Shown: positions 40,391 through 54,000 of the stretch, piece by piece
Layout: each line of letters begins with the position of its first letter
How positions within the stretch are numbered: position 1 is the first letter of the stretch
Notes under the pieces: generated by a model
What the model saw: the letters and a program-made list of their open reading frames with translations, nothing else
Databases searched by the model: none
What the model was told of the DNA's origin: nothing
Program-made: the position numbers and the translations under genes
NCBI GenBank assembly: GCA_013265495.1
Contig: MU058337.1
Location: 6,058,716-6,122,715 of the forward strand
Source of the DNA: Vicugna vicugna
Taxonomy: Eukaryota
Direction of reading: 5' to 3'
DNA length: 64,000 nt

Positions 40391-43160
40391 ACAGGAAGTG
40401 AACACGACAGCAATAGAACACCTTCTATTTCTAATATTTGGCAGCGTAATGGTTTCCATTTCTATTTTTCAGCTATTATTAAGTCAAAAAATTGTTAAAT
40501 TTCTTTCATTAAATGTTTTGTGTTTCTGACAAAGCTACTTAGGGCAAAGAAGAGGTTTTTGATACTTCTTAATTTAATAGAAACCATTTAAATAAACTAT
40601 AAATCTCTAAATTTCTTTGTAATTTTGGGGTAAGCTTTTCAAGTTAATGGGGAAAATATTTTACTTTTAAAAATTCAAGTTACTATATTCTGTATTAATA
40701 GGGGAAATGTTCCATTTTAGAAGACTAAAATTAAAGCTTGTTAGTGTTTGCCATTTTTGTGTGTGCATATGTGATTTCTTCTTTATATTTCTCTGTAATC
40801 AGTACTGATACCTATTTTGAGTCTCACTGATTATAAAGAAGAAAGAGGCTGGGCGATTAAGCCTCAACATTCTACACTCTTTGTGTAGATCAGGACACTA
40901 AAAAGAGATGAGTTAACATAAACCTGAGTGGGCTGTTAACCTTTTTTTTCTTCGGGAAATGTAGATGCAATAACATTTCCAGCTGAAAGACTCATTCTAA
41001 GTTCCTAATGTTTAAGAATGCAAATGAAGTATTCTGTCTTTTCTGTGCCTGGAGGTGTTACATGAGAAAACAGAAAGAGGTTTCTATGATTAGTTCCACA
41101 GATTGCCTTTATCATGTAAAATCTTAGACTGGTTGCACAGGCAAGAATCTAAGAAAAGCACTACAGAAGATACCCAGAGAAAATGAATTCAATAACTTCT
41201 TTAGCAGTAACACTGAGAAAACTAGAGTTAACTAAAAAAGTCAAGTTTGGGGATGAATTTTACCCTCCCTCTATAAAAGAAATTCTAGTTTTAATATTAG
41301 AACATTTTTTTAAAATACATTAGCAAAATATTGATTCAATGACACTAAATTTCCTTGGATGAAACTGTTAAATTTATCACTCAGCTACCTGGCATTTTCA
41401 AGAAGTTAATTTTTGCTTTATAATAGTAATAAGACTTTAATTAAAGATGAAGGTACAATTGTGAATTTCTTGTTGCATTTTCACTAATTAATATTACCTG
41501 ATGTTTGAAATATGTAAATAGAATTTTATAGTGAGATATTTTTAAATAACAAAATTGGAACATATAAAATTTATATAAATTTGTTTATAAAATTATTTAT
41601 GTAAAACTTTGAACTCTTTTAATAATTAAGTATTGGATTGAACAAATTATGACAGTCATGATTTGAGACCCTAATTGTGTAAAACTCACAAGGAATTCTA
41701 TTTGAAATACAATACTTACATAATGTTTAATTCATACTGAATGGGGCTATCTGTAGGAATGTGTTTATGTTCCATTAATTCTAAAAAATGTTACTGTAAA
41801 CTTAAAAAAAATAAAAAATACACAGGTGCAAACTTTAAAGAATTTCTTCTAGATGTATTTTTTTTAAGAGGATAAGTTAAGCTTCACATTTAAATTTGGT
41901 TACGTATTGCTAAGGTTCTCCTTTTGTAAACTGGTCATAGGAACTATTTAGCTAAAAAGTTGCAATTTCCTTCATTTGCACTTTACATGAAATACTTTTA
42001 CTTCATATCCCTACAATTTGGATATTAACAATGAATTGCTTTCATTTCTCCCAGATCCAATTATTTTTATTGTTTCATGAATACTAAAATTAATTGGTAC
42101 TTTTGGACTGAAAACTAATTTTTCCAGTTCAATTTTGGAATATGCCTTATAACAACTATGAAATTAGATGAGCAATTTTAGAGTTTCAATTAAAAAATAT
42201 AACATTTAATAATGTTTCAATTAACATGAGGGGATGTTGATGTAGGTGCCTCATGAGTCACCTTCTATTCATTCCTCACAGTCCATTAATATTTACTGGT
42301 AGTAGCAAATAAGAATAGTAAGCTGGTAAGCTAGTGAATGGCTAGAGATCTTTTGTTTAGTCCAAATATTAGTTATTGAATTTAATTTTTAAACTTTTTA
42401 AATTGGTCTGGGATATTATCTGAATTATGTACTCCTCCTATTTCCATTGAAAATATTTATGAATTTCTTTTAAAATTTGTTGTAAGTAGAAGTCCTTCCA
42501 CATCCCTTGTTTAATTTACTACTTTCTGGAACACATCAAGTTTCTGATACCACTGCTGGATGGAAATAAGAGTCATGTGGTTTGAATAAAGCATGCTCTA
42601 CCTACAGTTAGGATATTCTTTTTTTGTTAGCACATTTAATTGCTGTGCTCTACTATAGCCCACATTATAAAACTTATTTCAAATAATGAATGGAATGCTA
42701 AAAAAGCAGAGATCATGATTTCCAGTTAACTGCCCTGATGAACTAAGTAATTCCTCACACTACTCAGCACTAATCTCACCTGCCAACCTGCTACTTTCAC
42801 CATTTTGGTTATTAACAAGGATGCAATGAAGTAAAAGTGACAATAAGATGTAGTGGAATGACCCAAGTAGAGGTTAATTTACCTCTAGGTGGGAAACATT
42901 TTTTTAAAGTTTAAAGGGAGTAAAAGAACAAGAAGTGTATTAATACTAACAATAACAACAATATGTATTTATTTACTTACTATTTAGCACGGTTTACAAG
43001 GCACTGTAGTAAGGCTCACTCTATCCTAAAATCATTTTATAGATTAAACATTTTAGCCATCAGGTTCTAATTGGCTTACAAAGTCAGAAAGTCTTCAATT
43101 TATTCTAGAATTACATAGTAATATCTTCCACTGTCTAACATTTCAGTTTTAAAAGTTTTA

Positions 43161-43725
43161 ACTTTTTATTGAGGTATAGTTGATTTATAATATTGTAATA
43201 GTTTCAGGTGCACAACATAGTAATTCAAAATTTTTATAGATTATACCCCCTTTATAATTATTATAAAATATTGGTTATATTCCCTGTGTTGTACAATATA
43301 TCCTTGTAGCTTATTTATTTTATTCATTAAGTTTGTACCTCTTGGTCCCCTCTCCCTCTCTTGCCCCTCTCCCCTTCTCTCTCCCCACTGGTAACCACTA
43401 GCTTTTTCTCTATAACTGTGAGTCTCTCTTTCTGTTATACACACTGGTTTATTTTTCAGATTTCACATATAAGTAATAACATACAGTATTTGTCTTTCTC
43501 TGACTTACTTCAGTAAGCATAATACCCTTCAGGTCCATCCATGTTGCTGCAAATGGCAAAATTTCATTCTTTTTATAGCTGAGTAGTATTCCATTGTGTA
43601 TATATACCACAGCTTCTTTATCCATTCATCTGTTGATGGTCAGTTAGGCTGTTGCCATATCTCAGCTAGTAAATAATGCTGCTATGAACACTGGGGTACA
43701 TATTATCTTTTCCAATTAATGTTTT
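43161..43725 (-). mobile_element. L1 3' end (artiodactyl L1MA/L1_Art-like)
   Basis: tttttattgaggtatagttgatttataatattg...ggtccatccatgttgctgcaaatggcaaaatttcattctttttatagctgagtagtattccattg...aataatgctgctatgaacactggggtaca. Confidence 0.92.
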
Positions 43726-44507
43726 ATATCATTTTTCCTCAAAAAAAAAATTGGGCTAAGGAACCAGCAGGACATAAATAACTGCCTCTACTTAACATAT
43801 CAGTAAAATTAGGATCTGAGAGATGAAATCAATTGCCCACTGTGCCTATACAGGTAAAGTGACAGAAACAAGACTTAAGACTCAAACCAGTGTTTTTATC
43901 TGTGACTCTGCTTCCTTCTCATAGCCCAGGTTCAGGTGACCAGCACTTATTCAACAAGTCAAAGACCACGTGCTGACTACTAAGAAGTATCATACATCAA
44001 GTCGGCCTAACACAGTCCCAGGACTTACCTATTACCCCAGCACCCATCTGCCTAGTGTCTCTTTTCACTCTCCAAAGCACGTTGGTTTGGAGAGACCTGG
44101 TTTCTGAACACAAGAAGTTTATACTCAAGTGGAACAAACAGTACATACCAAACAATTAAAACAATAAATGGAAGAGAGTGGTAAATGTACTAAAAGAGGT
44201 TAAAAAAAAAAAACCAACAAACCCACGCACTGTGAACAAAGTCCAATGGTAGAACCAAGGAAAGTATCACAAAAAGGGTAGCATTTGAGGGGGAAAAAGA
44301 CATCTAGGATTTGGAAAAGTAACATTTCCATTTAAGTATATAGGAAAACACACCTCTCACTGGTCTGTAAAAGGTTCTATGATCTTCAGAGAATCATGAT
44401 GAAGCTACATACAACCAGTGCTCATCCAAAAGGGTCTCCTCTCTTTCTCTTAAGTCTTACAACAACCAGATCTCAACTGCATACTTCTTCAGTAAGCATG
44501 TGAAGTC

Positions 44508-44700
44508 ATGCATTCACTCTACAAATACCTGCCAAGTACCCACTCGGTGTCAGGCACTGTGTTAAGTCTAGAGAAACAATGATGTACAAGACAGACGTAT
44601 TACTGCCCTCTTTCAGTTGACAAACCAACTAGGAAGACCCAATACGACAAGCAATTAAAATCACAGTAAAGCATCGGTAGACAGCACTGTGACAGAGAAG
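44508..44700 (-). mobile_element. L2 3' end
   Basis: atgcattcactctacaaatacc...gtgtcaggcactgtgttaag...ctgccctc. Confidence 0.65.
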
Positions 44701-45321
44701 TATAGTATATGCTGGGAAACTAATCATGGTAATTGGAATAAACTACACGTGGATGGAAACTGTAAGCTAAATCAGTGTAAGTACTGTAATGATACCTCTA
44801 CATATGAAGTGGCGATATTTTAATCATCAACTGCATAAGCAATAAAAGACAAAGGGATTCTCTCCAGAGAAAACTTCCCTCCCCTCTGCATTAGAGAATT
44901 TCTCCCTCCCATTCATATCAAATATTGGTACAGTTTTAACATCTTAGGTCACCTGCTATTTGTCTTCCTCAGGAAGTCTAACCAGGGCCTTCCTAAACTT
45001 CTAGATAAATAAGACTTGAGAATGCAACCTTCTCCCTTCAAATCAAGCCTTCTAACTGATAAGGGGAAACACTGACATCACATTTAATAGACTAAGCTTC
45101 ATTTTATATCAATTACCAGTAAGCATAAACATTACAGCAAAATGATATTCTTAAAATGTTTTACCAGCCAGTGTGACTCCCTGCAAATGTATGCTATCAC
45201 CACTTTACAAAGTCTTTTGAAGGTATGACTGACACCACCTATACACCCCTCACCTCCCATGCCACTTTAATCACACAAAACAACTGTCAGGTAGGGTTTT
45301 AAAACACATTCTTGAAATAGA

Positions 45322-45515
45322 AGCAGTAGTGTAATGGTTAACAGCAGGGACTGTGGAGCCTGCCTGAACTCCAATTCTGCCATGAACTACCGGGTTGGCC
45401 TTGGACAACTTACTTAACCACTCTGTGCCTCAGTTTCTCTACTTTGAGGATTAAGTGAATTAATACATGTTCAGCACCTAGGACAGAGGAGACTAGTAAA
45501 CTGCTATGTAAGTGT
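45322..45515 (+). mobile_element. MIR SINE
   Basis: agtgtaatggttaacagcagggactgtggagcc...ccttggacaacttacttaaccactctgtgcctcagtttctc...gaggattaagtgaattaatacatg. Confidence 0.85.
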
Positions 45516-46697
45516 AAAGGAATTTAGAAGTCACAGATACACAACTGTTGGCTGGTGGGGACTCCCGGCCCACCTTCCCATATGCGAGTGTTTATTAACG
45601 CATCCCAAGAGCTCTGTTCCTGAGACGGTAAACTGCTGTTGGCCCCTCAGGCACAACTAAATCAGATCCTTCCTGAAGAGGCTAAACCTACCTCTTCCCT
45701 ACACCTTTCATCTCCTCCTCTCCACTGGCTCCTTCCTCTCACCCTAATACCCTGTTTGATTATATACTTGCTCGCCCTTCCATCACGTGGCTAAATTAGA
45801 GGCGAGTGCCCTCCCAAAAGAGAGCAACACAATGTTCCCCAAGAAGAAAAACTGTTGCTTGGACAAAATTTAAAATATCCACCACAATACAGCAGCCAGC
45901 TATCTTCGGATAACAGAAATTCAGCGGAGGAAGCAGAGTGTTGGAAGACAGACAGAAATGAAATTCTTACGCATGCAAGCTTGAGGGACACAGGCTCTGC
46001 AGGCAGCAGTAAGCCGTGAAGAAGCCTGAAGTCTTCAGAAGATCAGTCTGGCGGCAGCACAGAGGAGGCTCCAAGGAGGAAAGACTGAGAGGAAGTGATC
46101 AGTGGTCAGGCAGAAGAAATGAGTGAGGAAGTAATATCACAGCAGTGGAAATTCAGTAGAGAGAAAAGCAGTGAGAAAAGCTGCAATAAACCTAATTAAT
46201 AGCAGACATGCCAGTGAATTTAGGGGGAATGACTGAATTAAGAAGTGTAAGGGAAGGGAATAGTCAAAGTTGACTAAAAGGTTTGCAGACAAGAAAACTT
46301 AATTCAAGCAGAAACCGAAAAGCAGGTTCGGTTACCAAGACAAGTTTCGTTTTGCACACTGCACGTAAGTAACTCGTGAGCAGGACAACTGGGGGAGACC
46401 TCCACGGAAGACACTCTCACACGGACCTAGAACGTCTTCAGTACAGCAGACACCAAACCAAATACAATTTCTCGCGATAAACTACACTGCTCTTAAAACG
46501 TTAAAAAGCTTACGATATCATCACATTTACCTGTATAATCACTACAGTCACGTGCTGCAAAGTACTCCAGACAGATTTTAAATAGTTTACTCTTGTTACT
46601 ATTACCTTAAATACTTCACTTCCAAAACAAAAAAGGTGTTTTGGAGTACTACTATTCATGCTATAAATCTCTGTGGTTTAGAATGCTTTTCAGTTTT

Positions 46698-46881
46698 AAA
46701 GCTCAATTTTGGAACTATGTTCAATATCCTGTAATGATCTTTAATGGAAAAAATATGAAAACGAATATATGTCTGTATACGCATGACTGGGACATTGTGC
46801 TGTACATCAGAGATTGACATATTGTAACTGACTGTATTTCAATAAAATTTTTTTTAATTTTTAAATAAAAGCTCAATTTTG
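46698..46881 (+). mobile_element. 5'-truncated young L1 3' end with a 14-bp TSD
   Basis: aaagctcaattttg occurs at 46698-46711 and 46868-46881. Body: gaactatgttcaatatcctgtaa...tgctgtacatcagagattgaca...tcaataaaa. Confidence 0.9.
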
Positions 46882-47709
46882 ACACAGCAGTTACTCTATT
46901 TGACCACAGATTTCAACTCTGATTTAATAATGCTATTTAATTACAAATAAATTTCAAAAGTCTTTCTGAATTTTTGGTTTCAATATCCACACTAGAAATT
47001 GAATAGAGAGAAAATTAGAAGTCGCAGAACATACAAACAAGACACCAAAGATGAAGTCTGTGATCTGGGACAATGTGCCAGGGCATTTTCCCTGTACACT
47101 AAGGCCCACCTACCACATCAATCAGAAAACAGCATTCCGATGATATAATATTAATCCACCACGAGCAATTTTCAACTATTACATGAGGAGGCTAGACTCT
47201 AGTTAAGGCCTACCAAGATCAAAGGGCAACAACTAATGAACTGCAAGTAGTTTGAAACAGTCTTCTACTTTCTTTAGATTCAGTCTTCTTCCTATCCTGT
47301 TGTCCAGTTGTTTAGCAAACAATTTTCAAATTAACAACATGTAAATTGATTTCATGGTTTTCAGGAAGACATGACAGCACAGAAATGCTCTTAGGCTGAA
47401 AAAGGTATAATTTTATGGGTTTAATGTAAGAACCTTACAGTTCTGAGAAACAAAAAATTATAATCATTGTTGGTACTACTAAATGGTCAAGATACATCTA
47501 CAAAATATTCTTTTAAACTTACTCAATTATCACCTACTGGTTTTTTTTTGTTAAATAACCCAGATGCTTTAGTTTGCTTTCTTTACCCCAGGATGTACAA
47601 AGATGCTTCTACTGTGTCTTTGTGAGGTGACTGTGGAGGAAAAAAATACAATTAAATTGTAAAAGACCGTGTTACAAACTTACTCATTTAGATTCCACAA
47701 TGATTCATT

Positions 47710-47986
47710 TCCCTATGATCCAGCAGTATCACTCCCAGGCATATATCTGGAAGAAACTCTAATTTGAAAAGATACATGTACCCCAATGTTCACAGCGGCA
47801 CTATTTAAAATACCTTGTAATGGTCTATAAAGAAAAAGAATATTGAAAGGAATATATATATATATATATATATTTACACACACACACATACATACACACA
47901 TATATACACACACACAACTGAATCACTATGCTGTACACCAGAAATTAATAGAACACTATAAATTAACTATACTTCAATTTTTAAAA
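47710..47986 (+). mobile_element. L1 fragment: ORF2 C-terminus joined to the extreme 3' end, containing (TA)n(CA)n
   Basis: ccctatgatccagcagtatcactccc...ccccaatgttcacagcggcactattt followed by actgaatcactatgctgtacaccagaaattaa...aactatacttcaatt. Confidence 0.85.
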
Positions 47987-48349
47987 AGTAGACAAGAAAA
48001 AAAACTTCCTCATCTATAAATTTCTAAATAAAATAGAATAAAGTTATTTAAAATAATTTAAGTCTCTACTGCAACAACTCAGGACAATGTCACAGGTCAT
48101 CCAGAGATGACATCATCCCCACCCTGTGGTCAACTTCATGAAAATAAACATACCAAAAATAGCACTCATTCCTGGATCTTTCTAACAATCTCTCCTAGCA
48201 TTTATTTCCCATTTGACTTTTATTTCCAAGAATTCCTTCTTCCCATATTAGTCTCAACATGAAAAGATGTTAATTCTGATTTACTCTTCTGTATTTACCC
48301 TCTTTCTCTAATTTTTTCCATCACAGAGGATAATACCTAATCAGTAAAT

Positions 48350-48472
48350 TTATTTGATTTGGGGAGGGTAATTAGGTTTATATGCATTTTTTGTTGTTGT
48401 TAGTGGAGGTACTGGGGATTGAACCCAGGACCTCATGCATGCTAAGCACATGCTCTACCACTGAGTACCCTC
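48350..48472 (-). mobile_element. tRNA-derived camelid-type SINE
   Basis: The reverse complement of tggaggtactggggattgaacccaggacctcatgcatgctaagcacatgctctaccactgagtaccctc matches the copy at 20341. Confidence 0.85.
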
Positions 48473-48899
48473 ATCTAAAGACATATGCCAAACAATCAAA
48501 TTAGATAAATTCTAAGTTCCTCTTGGCTCAAAAACTCCATGATTTTCCTCTACATTTATACTTTATAACTCTAATGATGCCACAATTATGAAACTCAGCT
48601 TTCTAGGGGCACAAAGTTCTAATGCTAGGATTAAATTCCTAGGGAGGAAACCAATACAAACACAAACAGTATTCTTCACTTACAAACAGTATCACTTCAC
48701 ATACACACCCAAACGCTTCTTATTTGAAATCTGACAATTTTCTCTCCAGCTATACTCAGCCCCCAACCTACCAGAATCAATCATTACCTTCACGCAACAC
48801 CTACTCTAGATAAACTCTGACTGCTGCCATCGTCATGCTGCTCGACCTTAGACATTCTGTGCAAGGATCAGCCAGCTCACAACTTTCCTGAACTGCCCT

Positions 48900-50060
48900 T
48901 TTCCCAACCACAGCAAAAGACCCCTCGACTGCAGCCCTTTTGGAGGATGTGATCTTACTGCCTGAACACAGAAGACTGTAGCAAAAAGCAGCTAACCCAA
49001 ACTAGACCTAGTGCAGTCCCTTTCCTAGGAGTGGGGACAGAGAGAAAAACAGAGGCTTTCCTCTTTGCAGGATGCCAAACCTAAAACACATAAGCTCATG
49101 GGCTATGAGGTCTACATGTTCCACAGAGCCATGCAAGCAGAGAAGCTGAGGTAGGAAGTAGATAGCTGTGCAGAAAGCTTTCAAAGAATGAAGTATAAAC
49201 AGGGAGCAGTAAGAACTGACAGCTGGCTAGTCTCTGTTTCCAATGCTTCCCTCAAGGATACGTACCTTCTTACTCTTGGATTCCTCGTAACACTCGTGTA
49301 TAAAATGCACGTAGTTCTAGCTGGCCAGCAGCATCATTACAGCAACTCACAGCCCTGACATTGTTTCCCTTACTTATTAAAGTAAGGGTTAAGGCTTTAA
49401 GCTCTGGTTCTAAAATTTTCAACTGAATATTATCAACTGAGTATTCTTTCAGTCCCCAAAACCAATACAAGGGAGGGACAGTCAGAGAAGGGCAGTCACA
49501 GAAGGAACCAAAATCTACTACCCATAAATAAGTTTCCTGGAAAAGCAAGTTCTATGCCCTACTTAATTTTTTAACTAAGCTACTAAGTGCCTAGCACAAT
49601 GGGACAGGAAATCTTTTCAATAAATATCTAATAAAGTATGAAATGCTGTCAACCCATTAAACATCCCTACTCTCCCTTCTCCCAACGCACACCCTTCAAC
49701 ATCAACAGAAATTCTTCTAAAGGTTTTTCTCCCAATTCTGGATTTCTCTGCCATTGTCTCAGATCTGCCCCATTCTGTAAGTCAGCTCTGTCCTTGTCTA
49801 GCTATCCTCACAGTCACAAAATGGCTGCCAGCAGCAGCAAGCCCTCTCATTCACAAAAGGCTGGGAGTGGGGATGGGAGGGATAGGAGGAAGGGCACTGT
49901 GTAATTTGAGCACCAAAGCCTCTCCAATGAATGAGAAAGCTTCTTTCTGAGGAATCCCAAAAAACCCTCACATGTTTCATTGGTCCAAACTGGCTTAAGC
50001 CTTCATTAATTCATCCCTGAATCAATAACTGTCAGAAGAGATAACACAATCATTTACCAG
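48900..50060. mobile_element. Probable old MaLR/ERVL LTR fragments
   Basis: cacaaaatggctgccagcagc, tttcattggtccaaactgg, ccctgaatcaataactgt are MLT1-like motifs; highly diverged. Confidence 0.45.
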
Positions 50061-50699
50061 TGGTGGAAAAAATGTCAGAGAGGCAAACTGTCCATTGGAA
50101 TGTGAGTGCATGTGTGCACACGTGCATGCCTACCACATCCAAGCATTCATTTAAGCGTATTTGTTTGGTATAACCACCACCTGCTAGCCAGACAGAAAGT
50201 TAAAGAAGCTTATCAATAATTAACACTGGTGGAAAGATATCAAAGGAGACAGAATTCTGAGTGGCCATTTTAAACTGGAATACCACCTATTCCCTTTGTA
50301 GCCACACCTACCCAGTAACTGTTCTTAAGACTTGACGGGTCAAAGGTTACCACCTACTGTCTTACTGGAGTGTTTTTCAAGACAATAATCCAGACTTAGG
50401 GAAATAAACCATTGTAGGAAGAGGAATGATTCCTGGTCTCAGATTAACCTCTAAAGGTAAGGGTGAAGTTTACTGAAAAGTAGATGGTTAGCAAAGTACA
50501 AATCAAAAGATAGCTTTGTTTTCACAGAGAGATGTGTCCTAAAATGGAAGGATAAAATTAAGGAGTGAGGAAGATCTGGGGCACTGTTCCTTGTTATATA
50601 TGGATTAAATTTTTCTACTTCTATTATCGTAACTGCTTTTAATCACATAATTCTTCACTCTGAAATGCATTCTTGTCATAGTTAACATAGAAATGCATC

Positions 50700-51015
50700 A
50701 CACTACGTCACTAGATGCCTAAAATTCCCCCCAGCTGCTTCCCAATGCTGCTGAGATTAAAATCTCAGCTTCTTACGATGGCCCTTACTTGATCTGCCCT
50801 GAGCCTACCTTTCCAGCCCCCTGTACCACACGCATCCTCACACACTATTCTCCTGTCACACCAGCTTCTTTCTCTCTATCCAACATGCTAATCTTCCTGC
50901 CTCAGAACATTTACACCTGCTTATTCCCTCTGCCTAGGGACGGTTTACTCCAGATCTTCACATGCTGGCAGCTGCTTCTCATCTTTCAGTTATTTCAGTT
51001 CAAATGTCACAACCT
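50700..51015 (+). mobile_element. L2 fragment
   Basis: cctgcctcagaacatttacacctgcttattccctctgcctagg...tcagttcaaatgtcac. Confidence 0.65.
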
Positions 51016-54000
51016 TCTCTGCACCCCACCACCACCCACAACCCCCACCACACACATCCACATCCACACCCCCTGGGCCATGGCCCTTCTATAGATGACT
51101 GCCTTTGGGTCAGGCACTAATCCCTGATCCAATCAACTGTCAACAGAATGACAGGATCACATGATAAAGAAAGCTTGGTAATTAAACAACAGCAACTGCA
51201 TGCAGTGAGGCAAACAGAAGCAAGAATATAAGTAACAAGTCAAGTACTAGTGACCAAACTGAGCGGAAAGCACAGAAATGATTAACAAGTCAAGTCTACT
51301 GTGATCGCAGTTTCCTAAAAGACTATGAGAGTGTTTAAGGCCAAAAAAGTAAATTATTACCCCAATTCAAATACTAGCGGTAGGTTTTAGTCTTCTTTCC
51401 AGTAAAATACAAGTATCAACTATTTCCCTAATTCCTTAAAAACAGCACAAGCATAAAAGGATGACATGAAAGTCACTTTGAGCACCTCTAAGAGAATGTG
51501 AGCCTGAGATAAAATTATTCATCAGTACGTAAATCACATTTACTAATAATATCAAAGTTATTTACAAAAGCAGTAATCATTGCTTCAGGGTACTTCAAGG
51601 TACAAATATTTTTATTATTGTTCCGTAAAATTTAAGATAAAAAAAGACCACACAAACCAAAATTTAAGTTAACAGTGAAAAAAATTGGTTAAATCTTGTG
51701 TCTAAATTATTTTTTTAAAAGACTCATTCATTATAACAGGATTCAAAGAAAAAAATATATATTATAGAAAGCAGTAAATGTTTCTAGAAAGAAAAACACC
51801 TTAGCATTTGCCCAGAAGTGCTGCCTGAACCTCCTATCCTTCTAAATTTGGGGAGTCAAGAAATCCTGTGTCACCAACTGAAGCCACTGCTGAAACGACT
51901 ATAGTAATCCACTTTCAAAATTCTTGAAAACCCATCTGGGGTTTGTCAGTAGGAGGTAAATTAAAGCCTTATGTATTGAGAAGAAAATAATTCGAAAAAT
52001 GTATGGGAGCAATGAACCCTGAAGTTATCACATCGAAATGACTATAAAAGAGTTCTGTATAGTTTAGCTAGAAGAGCTAAATTTTCTACTTTTCAACTAT
52101 TTTCTAAAAATGTATAATAACTGCTAAGCTCAGTCTTCGGGCTTAAGATGCTACTTATCAACTATACATAAAACTATTAATTTACCTAAGTTTCTTTTCT
52201 AGGTTTTAAGTTAAAATAAAATCTATATGACATCTAAGTAATTGAACAGGATAGATTTTTTTAATCAAATAATGCAATGGTTTTCTGGTATGATGCAATG
52301 ATTTTCTGGTAGCAAAAATACATTAGTACATAAAACATCAGATATTCTTCAGTGTACAATAAAAAAAGAAAACCTGAATTAAACCGAAGTCGAGTAGTAT
52401 TAAGAAACTAATCTGAAAAATGTTGCTACAAGTCCCAACCACTTTTAAAACAGAATTTTACCTCTATTACACAGATCTATTCAAATAGGAAAAGGAGAAA
52501 ATCCACTTTCATATTAACAATTAGCCAAAAAAAATTACCTTCATAGTTGAATTTTTAAAGACACACTTTCTATAAAGAGACTACTTAGTACCAAGATGAA
52601 ATTTTCAGTACAATATAAAATTAAAATGTAATCAGTATGATGGGAATATTTTCTTTGGTCTCTTTTAGTTCTGAGAATGTTTGAAGTCTTGAGTTATTTT
52701 TACATACACTTCTTGAAGGAACTGATTTCTCTACCCTAGTGTTTTAGATCTTAAAATGTTTTGGAAATGGTAAAAACAGAAATAATTTTCTTTTTCAAAA
52801 GAGGGTCCATGAATCTTGACAAAGGAACCAATGCAACACATGAGAATGTTTAAGAGAATACCATCTTAAAGCTCTTAAAGCTCACTTTTAGATTTTTCCT
52901 ATTTTTTACTACAAAGAATTTAACTAAGATGTTTACTAAATAAAGAAACAGAAGAATTCTATAACACCTTATCTAACTGTAACAGTCTACTGGACCAAGC
53001 ATCACTAAAACTAGTTAAGTCCTAATTATACAAGAGGCAATTTGCCAGTAATTGAAAAAAGCCTACAGAATTAACAAATGAATACTATCTGACACTAGAA
53101 AGCTGGCAATGGTTATAGAAGCTTTTGCCTTCTAAAACCATAATCAGAACTTAGGATGATTGATTAATCAACATTTTAACACCTCCCATCTGTACAAGTG
53201 CTCAAGGTAGTGCTTACTGTCACTTGACAAGTTGCTTAGCATTGCAAAATTTGATAATTCATGTCTTACCAAATTTTTACTGACTTGGAAGAAAATAAAA
53301 CACCAATTAAAAGCAGATGTCACCTTTAATTCTAACTGGCTGACAAACTTCTAATTTTTGTACCCAATGCAGAGACAGAACGCATGTAGATGACAGTTTG
53401 GACAGTTAAACACATAAAGTCACTGATATCCCCCAAAAATTTGCAAGTGATTTTCCAGAACTTAATCACAAGGGGCTTTTTTATCTGGCAAGCATCCAAA
53501 TGGAATAGTTTCAGGTAGTCATCTAGAAGGTAAATTTATTGTTACATTTTTGCAAAGGCTAAAAATACTGATTAGACCATTACTAAGGTAATAGTCTCAA
53601 CATTCTCATCTTTACCTTCATACACATAAAAAAATTTCCAAAAACCACATTGCTCCCGTTAAAACTCTAGCTAATAAAAAAACTAATATAAAGCCTTAAT
53701 AAACTATGCTTAATATATCTTCATGTTTAAATGATACAAGAGCTAAGTCTGAATTTACTATCAAAGAATAATCTGATGAGTACTGATATTTTTTCAATGT
53801 TTTTCAATACTGTATTATACTTAGTTAGAAATTTACTCACTTCTGCTTCTAAACATGAATTCTGAACAAAACTCCTTAAATTCAAAAGTTTTAAAAAACA
53901 CCACAAAAATAGATGACAGATGACCATACAAATACACAAACGTCAATATTGACATCTTTCTCGCAATAAACCCAAATTTCCATACATATGTAAACAAACT

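Noticed and set aside
52272..52311. Short tandem duplications (also 5718-5774, 48662-48702, 59960-60001)
   Set aside because: Two-copy 20-26 bp slippage duplications with no spacers; not CRISPR-like and no sign of function.
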